Assembly: GCA_963700555.1 (NCBI GenBank)
Contig: CAVOXZ010000011.1
Coordinates: 386,907-450,906 of the forward strand
Source of the DNA: an uncultured Chloroflexia bacterium
Lineage (GTDB): Bacteria > Chloroflexota > Limnocylindria > Limnocylindrales > CSP1-4
Direction of reading: 5' to 3'
DNA: 64,000 nt
Positions 47,090 to 55,286 of the stretch are shown in pieces (within the stretch, counting starts at the first letter, position 1; the number at the start of each line of letters is the position of its first letter). Both the position numbers and the translations under genes were made by a program. The notes under the pieces were generated by a model. It was not told the DNA's origin and did no database searches. It was given only the letters and a program-made list of their open reading frames with translations.

Positions 47090-47764
47090 CTACGGCAGCC
47101 GGACCTCGGGTGCCGCCATCCCGTCGGGCACGTTCGCGTCCGGCTCCGGATCGCCGCGGACCATCGCCACCGGGATGACGCCACCCCACGCCGGCCACGT
47201 CTCGTCGCCGTCGTCCTCGTGCAGGCCCTCCGCGCGCACCTTGGCCGAGGCTTCGGACAGGTCGATCCACATCACGGAGGTCGCCTTGCGGTCCGCCACG
47301 GTCATGGGCCGCAGTTGCGACCAGCGACCGGGGAACAGGTGCTCCACGAACGCCTCCAGCGCGGCCTCGGCCTCGGCGTCGTCCGTCACCAGGTGCGCGG
47401 TCCCGAGGGCCATGACCGACCGGTAGTCGAGCGAGTGGTTCATGCCGGTCCGCGACAGGACCAGCGAGTCCAGGTGGGCCACGGTGATGCACACGCGCTG
47501 TCCATCGGTCGCGCGGAGCACCCGGCTGGCGGCAGACCCGTGCCAGTACAGCCGGTCGCCCTGGCGCCAGACGGCGGTCGGCGTCGCGTACGGCTGGTCG
47601 TCCTGGACCCAGGCCACGGTGCCGCTGATCGCCCCGTCGAGGATCGCATCGACCGTGGCGCGGTCATACCGGCCGCGCTTCGGCTTGCGGCGCACGCGAA
47701 CACGATCCGACGGCGGTCCGGCGACCTCCCCCGGCCGGCGTGGCTCGGGACGCGTGGGGCTCAC
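47090..47764 (-). CDS. Pyridoxamine 5'-phosphate oxidase-family (flavin-binding split-barrel) protein
   Basis: RGRYDRATVDAILD...YATPTAVWRQGDRLYWHGS is typical of the PNPOx-like family. The GTG at 47764 overlaps the upstream stop (GTGA). Confidence 0.65.
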   Translation of the reverse strand: MSPTRPEPRRPGEVAGPPSDRVRVRRKPKRGRYDRATVDAILDGAISGTVAWVQDDQPYATPTAVWRQGDRLYWHGSAASRVLRATDGQRVCITVAHLDSLVLSRTGMNHSLDYRSVMALGTAHLVTDDAEAEAALEAFVEHLFPGRWSQLRPMTVADRKATSVMWIDLSEASAKVRAEGLHEDDGDETWPAWGGVIPVAMVRGDPEPDANVPDGMAAPEVRLP

Positions 47765-47988
47765 TTGCGGTACACGATCCAGAGCGTGACGCCCGTCGGC
47801 GGCGGCGCGTACCCGTAGGCGGGGTTCGGCGCGCCCGCGCCCGTCGACACCGCGCCGATGTTCGCGATGCGCCAGCCATCGGGCGCGCGTCGCGCCGCAT
47901 CGGCGGCCACCCAGTCCCAGAGTGGATCGCCCAGGGTTGTGTCGGCGGTGACGAGGAGCTGGTCGTCGCCGATGAGCCGTTCCTTCAT
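47761..47988 (-). CDS. Small hypothetical protein (75 aa)
   Basis: ATG at 47988. Its stop overlaps the downstream GTG (GTGA). No family recognised. Confidence 0.4.
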   Translation of the reverse strand: MKERLIGDDQLLVTADTTLGDPLWDWVAADAARRAPDGWRIANIGAVSTGAGAPNPAYGYAPPPTGVTLWIVYRK

Positions 47989-48149
47989 CGAGGCCTCGTT
48001 GCACAGCTGCGTGGAAGTGGACGGGGACAGGGTACGCGGCCCAGGCGGCGCCGGGAGCGTCGAGTCGACGCGGCATCGCCCAACACGCGGCATCGCCCAA
48101 CCGCACGCGGCCTCGCCCGGAGTTGACGCTCACGTGCAGACTGCGTGGC

Positions 48150-48335
48150 ATGGACGGCCTGATGCGCACCATCGGTGACGGGATCACGGGTCTCGTTGGC
48201 GGGGCCCTGGGCTTCATCTGGTCCGTGTTCAGTGGGATGGTGTCGGCCCTGAGCGCGGCGCTGCCGGCCGGCGCGCTGCCCGTCATCGTCGTGGCCGTGG
48301 TGCTGATCGCCTTCTGGCGAGTCCTCCGGCACTGA
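48150..48335 (+). CDS. Small hypothetical membrane protein
   Basis: 61 aa with two hydrophobic segments (GLVGGALGFIWSVF and LPVIVVAVVLIAFW). Confidence 0.35.
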   Translation: MDGLMRTIGDGITGLVGGALGFIWSVFSGMVSALSAALPAGALPVIVVAVVLIAFWRVLRH

Positions 48336-48500
48336 CCCGCCCCAGCCCGGGCGGCGGCCGGTGCCGGGAGGCGCCTGATCGCGATCTGGATCAGATCCGA
48401 CGCCTGCTCTCAGGGACTGCGTGCCGCAACCGGGGTTTGCCCTGCCAGCTCCCGCGTGCACGGGCCGATCCTGATGCAGATGGCGATCAGCAGGACGGCG

Positions 48501-48637
48501 GGCGCAGCGGACCGCGGGCGCAGCGAGGTGCGCCGGGCGCAGCGGACCGCGGGCGCAGCGAGGTGCGCCGGGCGCAGTGGACCGCGGGCGCAGCGAGGTG
48601 CGCCGGGCGCAGTGGACCGCGGGCGCAGCGAGGTGCC
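48501..48637. repeat. 35-bp tandem repeat, about 3.9 copies
   Basis: Copies of the unit ggcgcagcggaccgcgggcgcagcgaggtgcgccg start at 48501, 48536, 48571 and 48606. One C/T polymorphism (agcgg versus agtgg). Confidence 0.9.
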
Positions 48638-48674
48638 CGCATCGGGGCGCCTGCACGATGGGTCGGCGGTCAGC

Positions 48675-48768
48675 GAGGATGGACGGCAGGAGCGCGGTTG
48701 CCCGCGAGGGTGGCCGGCAGGAACCCGGCGATTCCGCAAGGATGGCCGGCTACGCACCCGGCGGTCGT
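48675..48768. repeat. Degenerate repeat of about 31 bp, 3 copies
   Basis: gaggatggacggcagg, gagggtggccggcagg and aaggatggccggctac begin at 48675, 48706 and 48738. Confidence 0.45.
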
Positions 48769-49019
48769 CCGGAACCGTCCTCGTCGCCCTCCGTGTCATC
48801 CGCGCGGCGTGACCCGCCCTGCGGCGGAGGCGTCCATGAGCGATCCGCGAAGCGGAGCTGGCGCTGGACCAGGTCGTTGTCGAGGCGGCGAGCATCCTCG
48901 AGCAGCAGCTCCCGGTCCCTCGCCTGCTCATCGGCGACCGCCCCCGGATCGGGCTCGGCGCCCGCGACCGGCTCGTCTGACGGCTCCCGGTCGCCCAGCA
49001 GCCTGCGCAGGAATCCCAT
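48750..49019 (-). CDS. Small acidic hypothetical protein (89 aa)
   Basis: ATG at 49019, 2 nt after the upstream stop. Begins MGFLRRLLG. Confidence 0.45.
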   Translation of the reverse strand: MGFLRRLLGDREPSDEPVAGAEPDPGAVADEQARDRELLLEDARRLDNDLVQRQLRFADRSWTPPPQGGSRRADDTEGDEDGSGRPPGA

Positions 49020-49021
49020 GG

Positions 49022-49786
49022 TCAGCCTCCGTGCTCCCGTCCGATGAACGCGAGCACCTCGTCCCAGGCCGCCGCCGACGCCTCCTCGAACTCCGCCTGC
49101 TTGCGGTCGAAGAACGAGTGCGGCGCGTCCGGGTAGGTGACCACCCGGCGCTCGACGCCTGCGGCCTCGAGAGCCGCGTCGAATGTCGCGACAGCCGCGG
49201 CATCGATGCCCTGGTCGGCCCCGCCGAAGATCCCGAGCACGGGTGCCTCGAAGGTGTCGGTGACGTCGGCCGGCGCCGGGGTGCCGTTGCTCGACCGGCC
49301 GGTCGGCCACCCGTAGAACCCGACGACGCCCGCCAGGCCGAGCCCGAACCCGTCGCTCAGGAACGCGAGCCGCCCGCCCATGCAGAAGCCGATGGTGAAC
49401 GTCCGGGTGACGCCCGTTGTGGCTCGCAGGTGCTCCACGGCGGCCGACACATCCGCGCGGAGACCGCCGTAGGTCGTCTGCGGGACATGTGACGCCCAGT
49501 CGAACCCGGGTCCCCGGTCACCAATGCCGGCGGTCCGTCCGAAGTAGTCGATGGCGATGGCGTCGACGCCGTGCTCGGCGAACCGCAGGGCCAGGTCCCG
49601 GTAGTAGGCATGGAGGCCGCGGACGTCGGGGAGGACGACCATGCCGGCGCCCGTCGGCTCGGCGGCTCGAGCCAGGTAGCCGGCGACTCGGTTGCCGTCC
49701 GAGGCCTCGAGGATGAGGTCCACGGCATCGAGCGAGCCCCCCTCGATCGAGGCGATCGGAGGCCGGGAGTCGTGGTCGAAGCACAT
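49022..49786 (-). CDS. Dienelactone hydrolase family protein
   Basis: Alpha/beta hydrolase with a nucleophile elbow GFCMGG and C-terminal YPDAPHSF. Only the 3' 254 codons of the 926-aa track ORF are used. Confidence 0.82.
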   Translation of the reverse strand: MCFDHDSRPPIASIEGGSLDAVDLILEASDGNRVAGYLARAAEPTGAGMVVLPDVRGLHAYYRDLALRFAEHGVDAIAIDYFGRTAGIGDRGPGFDWASHVPQTTYGGLRADVSAAVEHLRATTGVTRTFTIGFCMGGRLAFLSDGFGLGLAGVVGFYGWPTGRSSNGTPAPADVTDTFEAPVLGIFGGADQGIDAAAVATFDAALEAAGVERRVVTYPDAPHSFFDRKQAEFEEASAAAWDEVLAFIGREHGG

Positions 49787-49923
49787 GGACGGACACCTCC
49801 TGGAGGCAGGACGACGGCGCAGCGGCCGCCCCCCGTGCGGCTGATTGTGGCGCAGGCGGGCGATCCGGGGCGCCGGGCGGGCTTCCGCAGCCACTCGTTC
49901 CCGGGCTTCCGCACCCCCTCTTG

Positions 49924-49929
49924 TAGAAT
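49924..49929 (+). promoter_or_regulatory. Candidate -10 hexamer TAGAAT for a leaderless ask mRNA
   Basis: The TAGAAT ends 8 nt before the A of ATG 49937. No Shine-Dalgarno sequence. Confidence 0.35.
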
Positions 49930-49936
49930 GCGCGCC

Positions 49937-51241
49937 ATGCCCAGCCCCCTCATCGTGATGAAGTTCGGCGGGTCGTCCGTGGCCGGCGCCGAGCGCATCA
50001 AGCGCGTCGCCCGCCGGATCTCCCGCGAGCACGCCGGCGGCTCCGGCCTGGTCGTGATCGTGTCCGCGATGGGCGACACCACCGACGAGCTCCTTGCCCT
50101 GGCCGCCGCCATCACCGATGATCCCGACGCCCGTGAGCTGGACATGCTGCTGGCGACCGGCGAGCACCAGAGCGCCACCCTGCTGTCGATGGCCCTCCAT
50201 TCGATCGGGGTGCCGGCGATCAGCCTCACGGGCCCCCAGGCCGGCATCACCACCGATGGCCGCTACGGCAAGGCGCGCATCGCGGGCATCGACCCCCGCC
50301 GCGTCCGGGCGGAGCTGGCGGCGGGCAAGGTCGCGATCGTCGCCGGCTTCCAGGGGATGAGCGCAGCGGCGCTGGAGCACATGGAGATGACGCCCTCGGC
50401 CAGCGACGTCCACGGGGCCGAGATGACGACGCTCGGCCGCGGCGGCTCGGACACCACGGCGGTCGCGCTCGCCGCCCAGCTGGGAGCCGACCGCTGCCAG
50501 ATCTTCACCGACGTCAAGGGCATCTACACTGCGGACCCGCGGATCGCCACCGATGCCTGCCAGCTCCCCGTCGTCGGCTACGAGGAGATGATGGAGCTCG
50601 CCCACCAGGGCGCCCAGGTCATGCAGGTGCGGGCGGTCGAGCTCGGCTGGGTCAACAACGTCGTCATCGAGGTCCTCAGCTCGTTCGAGGACGCTCCCGG
50701 AACGCAGATCAGGGAGGACCCGCTCGTGGAGCAGCGGAACAAGGTCCGGGGGATCGCCCACGACCGCAACGTGGCCAAGGTCACCCTGGTCGACGTGCCC
50801 GACAAGCCGGGCGTCGCCCGGGGCGTGTTCGGCCCGCTGGCCGAGGACGGCATCAACGTGGACATGATCGTCCAGAACGTCGGCCACGGCGGCTCGACCG
50901 ACCTGTCGTTCACGATCCCACGGGTGGAGCTCGCGAAGGCCAAGCGGATCCTGGACCCGCTGGTGCACGAGCTGGGCTTCCGCGACATGACCACCGATTC
51001 CGCGGTGGCCAAGGTGTCGATCGTCGGCGCCGGCATCCACAATGCGCCGGGCTACGCGGCGACGATGTTCGGCACGCTCGCCGATGCCGGGATCAACATC
51101 GAGATGATCTCGACCTCCGAGATCCGGATCACCACCATCATCTCGGAGGATCGGGTGGAGGAGGCGGTGCGCGCCCTGCACGCCGCGTTCCAGCTGGAGC
51201 AGCCCGAGAGCGTCGAGGCGGCCGGCGCTGGCGCGAGCTGA
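49937..51241 (+). CDS. ask: Aspartate kinase
   Basis: KFGGSSV, TLGRGGSDTTAVALA and two C-terminal ACT domains. An alternative ATG lies at 49928. Confidence 0.93.
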   Translation: MPSPLIVMKFGGSSVAGAERIKRVARRISREHAGGSGLVVIVSAMGDTTDELLALAAAITDDPDARELDMLLATGEHQSATLLSMALHSIGVPAISLTGPQAGITTDGRYGKARIAGIDPRRVRAELAAGKVAIVAGFQGMSAAALEHMEMTPSASDVHGAEMTTLGRGGSDTTAVALAAQLGADRCQIFTDVKGIYTADPRIATDACQLPVVGYEEMMELAHQGAQVMQVRAVELGWVNNVVIEVLSSFEDAPGTQIREDPLVEQRNKVRGIAHDRNVAKVTLVDVPDKPGVARGVFGPLAEDGINVDMIVQNVGHGGSTDLSFTIPRVELAKAKRILDPLVHELGFRDMTTDSAVAKVSIVGAGIHNAPGYAATMFGTLADAGINIEMISTSEIRITTIISEDRVEEAVRALHAAFQLEQPESVEAAGAGAS

Positions 51242-51251
51242 CGGCGCCAGG

Positions 51252-52154
51252 GTGCCGGACGCCGTTCCTGCCAGGGCGATGCTGAGCCGCGTGGAGCGGT
51301 TCACGTCGGTTCCCAGCACCAACGACGAGGTCCGGGAGTGGCTGATGGACGCCACGCCCGAGGTCTGCCTTGCCGTCGCCGACGAGCAGACGGCGGGACG
51401 CGGGCGGTTCGACCGGGCCTGGACGGCGCCCGCCGGTGCCGCGCTGCTGCTCTCGCTCGGCTTCCGGCCCACGTGGCTGGAACCGGACCGCGCCTGGCGG
51501 CTGGCCGCCACCGTCGCGCTCGCGATGTGCGATGCGGCCGAGGACACCGCGGGGCTGCCGGTCGGCGGGATCCGCCTCAAGTGGCCGAACGACCTGGTGG
51601 TCGAGATCGGGGGCCCCAATGCGCTGCTGGCGGGAGAGCTCACCCCCGGAGAAGCGGCCGCGCGCCTCGCCGGACCGCTCGAGCTGCGCAAGGTGGCCGG
51701 GATCCTGGGCGAGACCGACGGCCTCGGGACGGAGAGCCCGACGGTCGTGGTCGGGATCGGGATCAACGCGGACTGGGAGCGGGCCGACTTCCCGCCCGAC
51801 ATCGCGCACTCGATGACCAGCCTCCGCGAGACATCGGGCGGCCGTCCGATCGACCGGGAAGCGCTCCTCGAGTCGTTCCTGGACCACCTCGAGGGCCGGC
51901 TGGATGCCCTGCGGGCAGGCTACTTCGACATCGCTGCATGGCACCAGCGCCAGGTGACGACCGGACGGCTGGTGACGGTCCAGGCCGGCGACGGATCGGC
52001 CTCGGAGCCGCTTCTCGCCGTGGGCGTGGATGCGTCGAGTGGCGCGCTGGTGGTTGAGGACGCGACGGCCACCGGCGGCGAGCGCCGCATCCATGCCGGG
52101 GAGGTTGTGCGGGTCCGGCTGGCGGACGACACGGCACCGATGGGCCAGGTGTAA
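51252..52154 (+). CDS. birA: Biotin--[acetyl-CoA-carboxylase] ligase (group I, no HTH domain)
   Basis: GRGRFDRAW biotin-binding loop, KWPNDL, GIGIN. No N-terminal wHTH domain. Confidence 0.82.
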   Translation: MPDAVPARAMLSRVERFTSVPSTNDEVREWLMDATPEVCLAVADEQTAGRGRFDRAWTAPAGAALLLSLGFRPTWLEPDRAWRLAATVALAMCDAAEDTAGLPVGGIRLKWPNDLVVEIGGPNALLAGELTPGEAAARLAGPLELRKVAGILGETDGLGTESPTVVVGIGINADWERADFPPDIAHSMTSLRETSGGRPIDREALLESFLDHLEGRLDALRAGYFDIAAWHQRQVTTGRLVTVQAGDGSASEPLLAVGVDASSGALVVEDATATGGERRIHAGEVVRVRLADDTAPMGQV

Positions 52155-52158
52155 CGCG

Positions 52159-52806
52159 ATGGCTCGCCCGGTGTTTGGAACTCGTGAGCGTCAGACGGGA
52201 ACCGTCGTCGTCCTCGATCGTGATCGTCATCTCGTCGAGGCCGCGCGCCGGGATCCTGCCCAGTTCGACGCCCTGTACCGGAAGTACCTCGCCCAGGTGT
52301 ACAGCTTCGCCCTCTACGAGCTCGCGGACCATCACGCCGCCGAGGACGCCACCGAGCGCACCTTCCTCCGTGCGCTGGCGGCGCTCCCCCGGTTCCGCGA
52401 GCAGGCCCTCCCCGAGGACGGCCCCGGGGCCTCCTCGTTCCGGGTCTGGCTGTTCCGGATCGCCCGCAACGTGGTGGCCAACGAGCGCCGCGCCCGACGC
52501 CGCCGCCCGGCCGAGTCGCTGGACGTCGCCCTGGGTGCCGGGCTCGCCCTCGCGGACGGCACGGACCTCGAGGCGATGGCCGTGACCCGCGACCAGGCGT
52601 CCGAGGCGCTGCTCGCCCTGCAGTCGCTCCCCGACGACCGGCGCCGGGCCCTCACCCTGCGCTTCGTGGACGAGATGAGCACAGCCGAGATCGCCGGGGT
52701 GCTCGGCCGGTCGGAGGGTGCCGTGCGGGTGCTCATCCACCGGGCGCTTGGTGCCGTCGCCCGCGAGCTGGGTCACGACCGGACCTCGCGCGGATCCGGC
52801 GGGTGA
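52159..52806 (+). CDS. ECF (sigma-70 family, group 4) RNA polymerase sigma factor
   Basis: Region 2 (DAEDATERTFLRA, WLFRIARN) and region 4 (LPDDRRRALTLRFVDEMSTAEIAGVLGRSEGAVRVLIHRA). Confidence 0.85.
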   Translation: MARPVFGTRERQTGTVVVLDRDRHLVEAARRDPAQFDALYRKYLAQVYSFALYELADHHAAEDATERTFLRALAALPRFREQALPEDGPGASSFRVWLFRIARNVVANERRARRRRPAESLDVALGAGLALADGTDLEAMAVTRDQASEALLALQSLPDDRRRALTLRFVDEMSTAEIAGVLGRSEGAVRVLIHRALGAVARELGHDRTSRGSGG

Positions 52807-53414
52807 GCGCGCCGCGACCGCCCGACCTCGAGATGGACCAGGTCCACGCCCTGGTGGCGGACCGGTATCTGGACGCGCTGCTGGCCGCCGGTGACCGGCA
52901 CGCTCTCGACACGCCGGCGGATCCGGCGCTCGATGAGAGGCTCCGTGCGACCGTGCAGGTGCTGCGCCGATCGCTTGTGCGGGTCCACCCCTCCTTCCGG
53001 TTCGAGGAGCGCCTGGCCGGCCGGCTCGCCGACCTCGCCGCTGCCCGGTCGAACGCCGGCGTGGACGCCGGCGAGCGTGGCGCGCTGATCCCGTTCCCGG
53101 GCGGCTCGACACCCGGGCCTGCCCTGGACGCGGACCCGCTGTTGATGGCCATCCTTGCCGGCGACCTCGACCCAGCCGATGAGACCGCGCTCGACCCGAC
53201 CGGGGTGGTGGGCCCCGGACGTCGCCCGCTGCTCGTCGGCGGCGCGATCACGTCGGCCGCGCTGTCGATCGTCGGTGTCGCGATCGTGGCCTGGCGCGCC
53301 TCTCGACCGGCGACCCGGGCCGCGACGGCGACGACGATGGCCCGTGCCGCGCGGGCGGCGCACGCGCGCCGGGCTGCGGCCCTTGCCGCCGCCCTGCCCG
53401 GAGGTTCGGCCTGA
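52803..53414 (+). CDS. Putative anti-sigma factor (single-pass membrane protein)
   Basis: GTGA overlap with the sigma gene. One TM helix (LLVGGAITSAALSIVGVAIVAW). No Zn-binding HxxxCxxC motif. Confidence 0.5.
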   Translation: MSAPRPPDLEMDQVHALVADRYLDALLAAGDRHALDTPADPALDERLRATVQVLRRSLVRVHPSFRFEERLAGRLADLAAARSNAGVDAGERGALIPFPGGSTPGPALDADPLLMAILAGDLDPADETALDPTGVVGPGRRPLLVGGAITSAALSIVGVAIVAWRASRPATRAATATTMARAARAAHARRAAALAAALPGGSA

Positions 53415-54265
53415 TGCCGGTCAAGTTCCCGCAGTTCCGGGCCCGCCGGGACACGATCCCGGACAAGATGTGGACCCGATGCCCCTCCTGCGAGGAGCAG
53501 CTGTTCAACAAGCACCTCGAGAAGGCCATGAACGTGTGCCCGTCCTGCGGGCACCACTTCCGTCTCGCCGCGCCGGTCCGCCTGGGCCAGCTCCTCGACG
53601 AGCACACGTTCGAGGAACGCGATCCCGGGCTGATCAGCGTGGATCCACTCGGGTTCACGGACCAGAAGCCCTACCCGGACCGCCTTGCCGCCGCCCAGCT
53701 CGCGACGGGTCTCAAGGATGCGGCCGTCTGGGGCTACGGGACGATCGAGGGGCAACGCATCGCGATCCTGGTCATGGACTTCGGGTTCATGGGCGGCTCG
53801 ATGGGCGCGGTCGTCGGGGAGAAGGTGGCGCGGGCCGCGGAGGGCGCCCTCGCCGAGCGCCTCCCGCTGGTCATCGTGTCCGCGTCGGGCGGCGCCCGGA
53901 TGCAGGAGGGGACGATGGCGCTGATGCAGCTGGCCAAGACCATGGCCGCCCTGGAGCGGCTGCGCGCGGCCGGCCTGCCGTTCGTGTCGGTGATGAGCGA
54001 TCCGACCACCGGCGGCGTGTTCGCGTCGTACGCGGCGATGGGTGACGTGAACCTCGCCGAGCCCAACGCGCTGATCGGCTTCGCCGGGGCCCGGGTGGGG
54101 GCGGGCACGATCGGCCAGGAGCTCCCTCCGGGGTTCCAGCGCTCCGAGTTCCTGTTCCGGCACGGGTTCGTGGACCGCATCGTGGCTCGCCCCGACCTGC
54201 GAGGCGAGCTCGCCAGGATCCTCCGCTATCTGGCGCCCCGCCCGCTGGAGGCCGGCCGTGGTTGA
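53414..54265 (+). CDS. accD: Acetyl-CoA carboxylase carboxyltransferase beta subunit
   Basis: N-terminal C4 zinc ribbon (CPSCEEQ...CPSCGHH) and FGFMGGSMG. Its ATG shares a base with the anti-sigma stop (TGATG). Confidence 0.9.
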   Translation: MPVKFPQFRARRDTIPDKMWTRCPSCEEQLFNKHLEKAMNVCPSCGHHFRLAAPVRLGQLLDEHTFEERDPGLISVDPLGFTDQKPYPDRLAAAQLATGLKDAAVWGYGTIEGQRIAILVMDFGFMGGSMGAVVGEKVARAAEGALAERLPLVIVSASGGARMQEGTMALMQLAKTMAALERLRAAGLPFVSVMSDPTTGGVFASYAAMGDVNLAEPNALIGFAGARVGAGTIGQELPPGFQRSEFLFRHGFVDRIVARPDLRGELARILRYLAPRPLEAGRG

Positions 54266-55283
54266 CCGCCTGCTGGGCCGCAAGGAGGCTGCCCCCGAGC
54301 CGGCTCCGACCCCCGAGCCTGACACCCCCGCCGACCGCAAGGCGGAGGTCTGGAGCCGGGTCCAGCTGGCCCGCAACCTGCGCCGGCCCCGGATCCTGGA
54401 GTTGCTCGCCGTCATGGCGGACGAGTTCGTCGAGCTCCACGGCGACCGCCTGTTCGGGGACGACGAGGCGATCGTGGCCGGGTTCGCGATCATCGGCGGC
54501 CACCGGGTGGCGGTCGTCGGCCAGCAGAAGGGCGCGGACACGGAGGAGAACGTGCGGCGCAACTTCGGGATGCCCCACCCGGAGGGATACCGCAAGGCGA
54601 TGCGGATCATGGAGCTCGCCGAGCGCTGCCGGCTTCCGGTCGTCACCTTCGTGGACGTGCCGGGTGCGCACCCTGGTCCCGAGAGCGAGGAGCGGGGCAT
54701 CGCGGAGGCGATCGCCCGGTCGGTCGGCCTGATGACTCGGCTCAGGACGCCGATCGTGACCGTGATCACGGGCGAAGGGGGGTCGGGCGGTGCGCTTGCG
54801 ATCGCCGTGGGCGACGTGGTGCTGGCGCTCGAGAACGCCGTGTACTCGGTCATCAGTCCCGAGGGCTGCGCGAGCATCCTGTGGCGGACCACGGACGAGG
54901 CCGCGTCGGCGGCGTTCGCGATGCGCATGACCGCCCAGGACCAGCAGGCGCTCGGCGTCGTCGACCAGGTCATCCCGGAGCCGGCGGGCGGAGCGCACAC
55001 GGATCCCGGCGAGACCGGCCGACGCCTCAAGACCGCCGTCGTGGGCGAGCTCGATCGCCTGACGACCTTGCCGGTGGACGTGCTGCTCGAGCAGCGCTAT
55101 CGCCGCTACCGGGCGCTCGGCCCCTACGTCGAGACCGAGGCGCCGCCCCAGGTCCCGCCGACGCCGCCCCGCCAGGGCCTCGCGGACCGCCTCCGCGGCC
55201 TGATCGAGGCCGGCCAGCGCGCCATGCCCGCGCCCCTCCCGGTCGGGCGCCGCCAGGAACCCCCCGCGCGCGAGGACGTGTAG
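54258..55283 (+). CDS. accA: Acetyl-CoA carboxylase carboxyltransferase alpha subunit
   Basis: Motifs FGMPHPEGYRKA, TFVDVPGA, GEGGSGGALA. Confidence 0.9.
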   Translation: MVDRLLGRKEAAPEPAPTPEPDTPADRKAEVWSRVQLARNLRRPRILELLAVMADEFVELHGDRLFGDDEAIVAGFAIIGGHRVAVVGQQKGADTEENVRRNFGMPHPEGYRKAMRIMELAERCRLPVVTFVDVPGAHPGPESEERGIAEAIARSVGLMTRLRTPIVTVITGEGGSGGALAIAVGDVVLALENAVYSVISPEGCASILWRTTDEAASAAFAMRMTAQDQQALGVVDQVIPEPAGGAHTDPGETGRRLKTAVVGELDRLTTLPVDVLLEQRYRRYRALGPYVETEAPPQVPPTPPRQGLADRLRGLIEAGQRAMPAPLPVGRRQEPPAREDV

Positions 55284-55286
55284 CCC

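Noticed and set aside
48501-48637. Possible CRISPR array or coding low-complexity protein across the 35-bp repeats
   Set aside because: There are no spacers between units. The ORFs on both strands are merely repeat-derived Arg/Ala/Gly strings lying between two convergent gene ends.
49022-51802. 926-aa minus-strand ORF
   Set aside because: Only the last 254 codons (from the ATG at 49786) look like a protein, a dienelactone hydrolase. The remainder is antisense to aspartate kinase and birA.
52170-52210. ECF-type promoter (GGAAC ... CGTC) near the sigma gene
   Set aside because: The motif lies inside the sigma coding region, and the spacer between the elements is about 21 nt rather than 16-17 nt.
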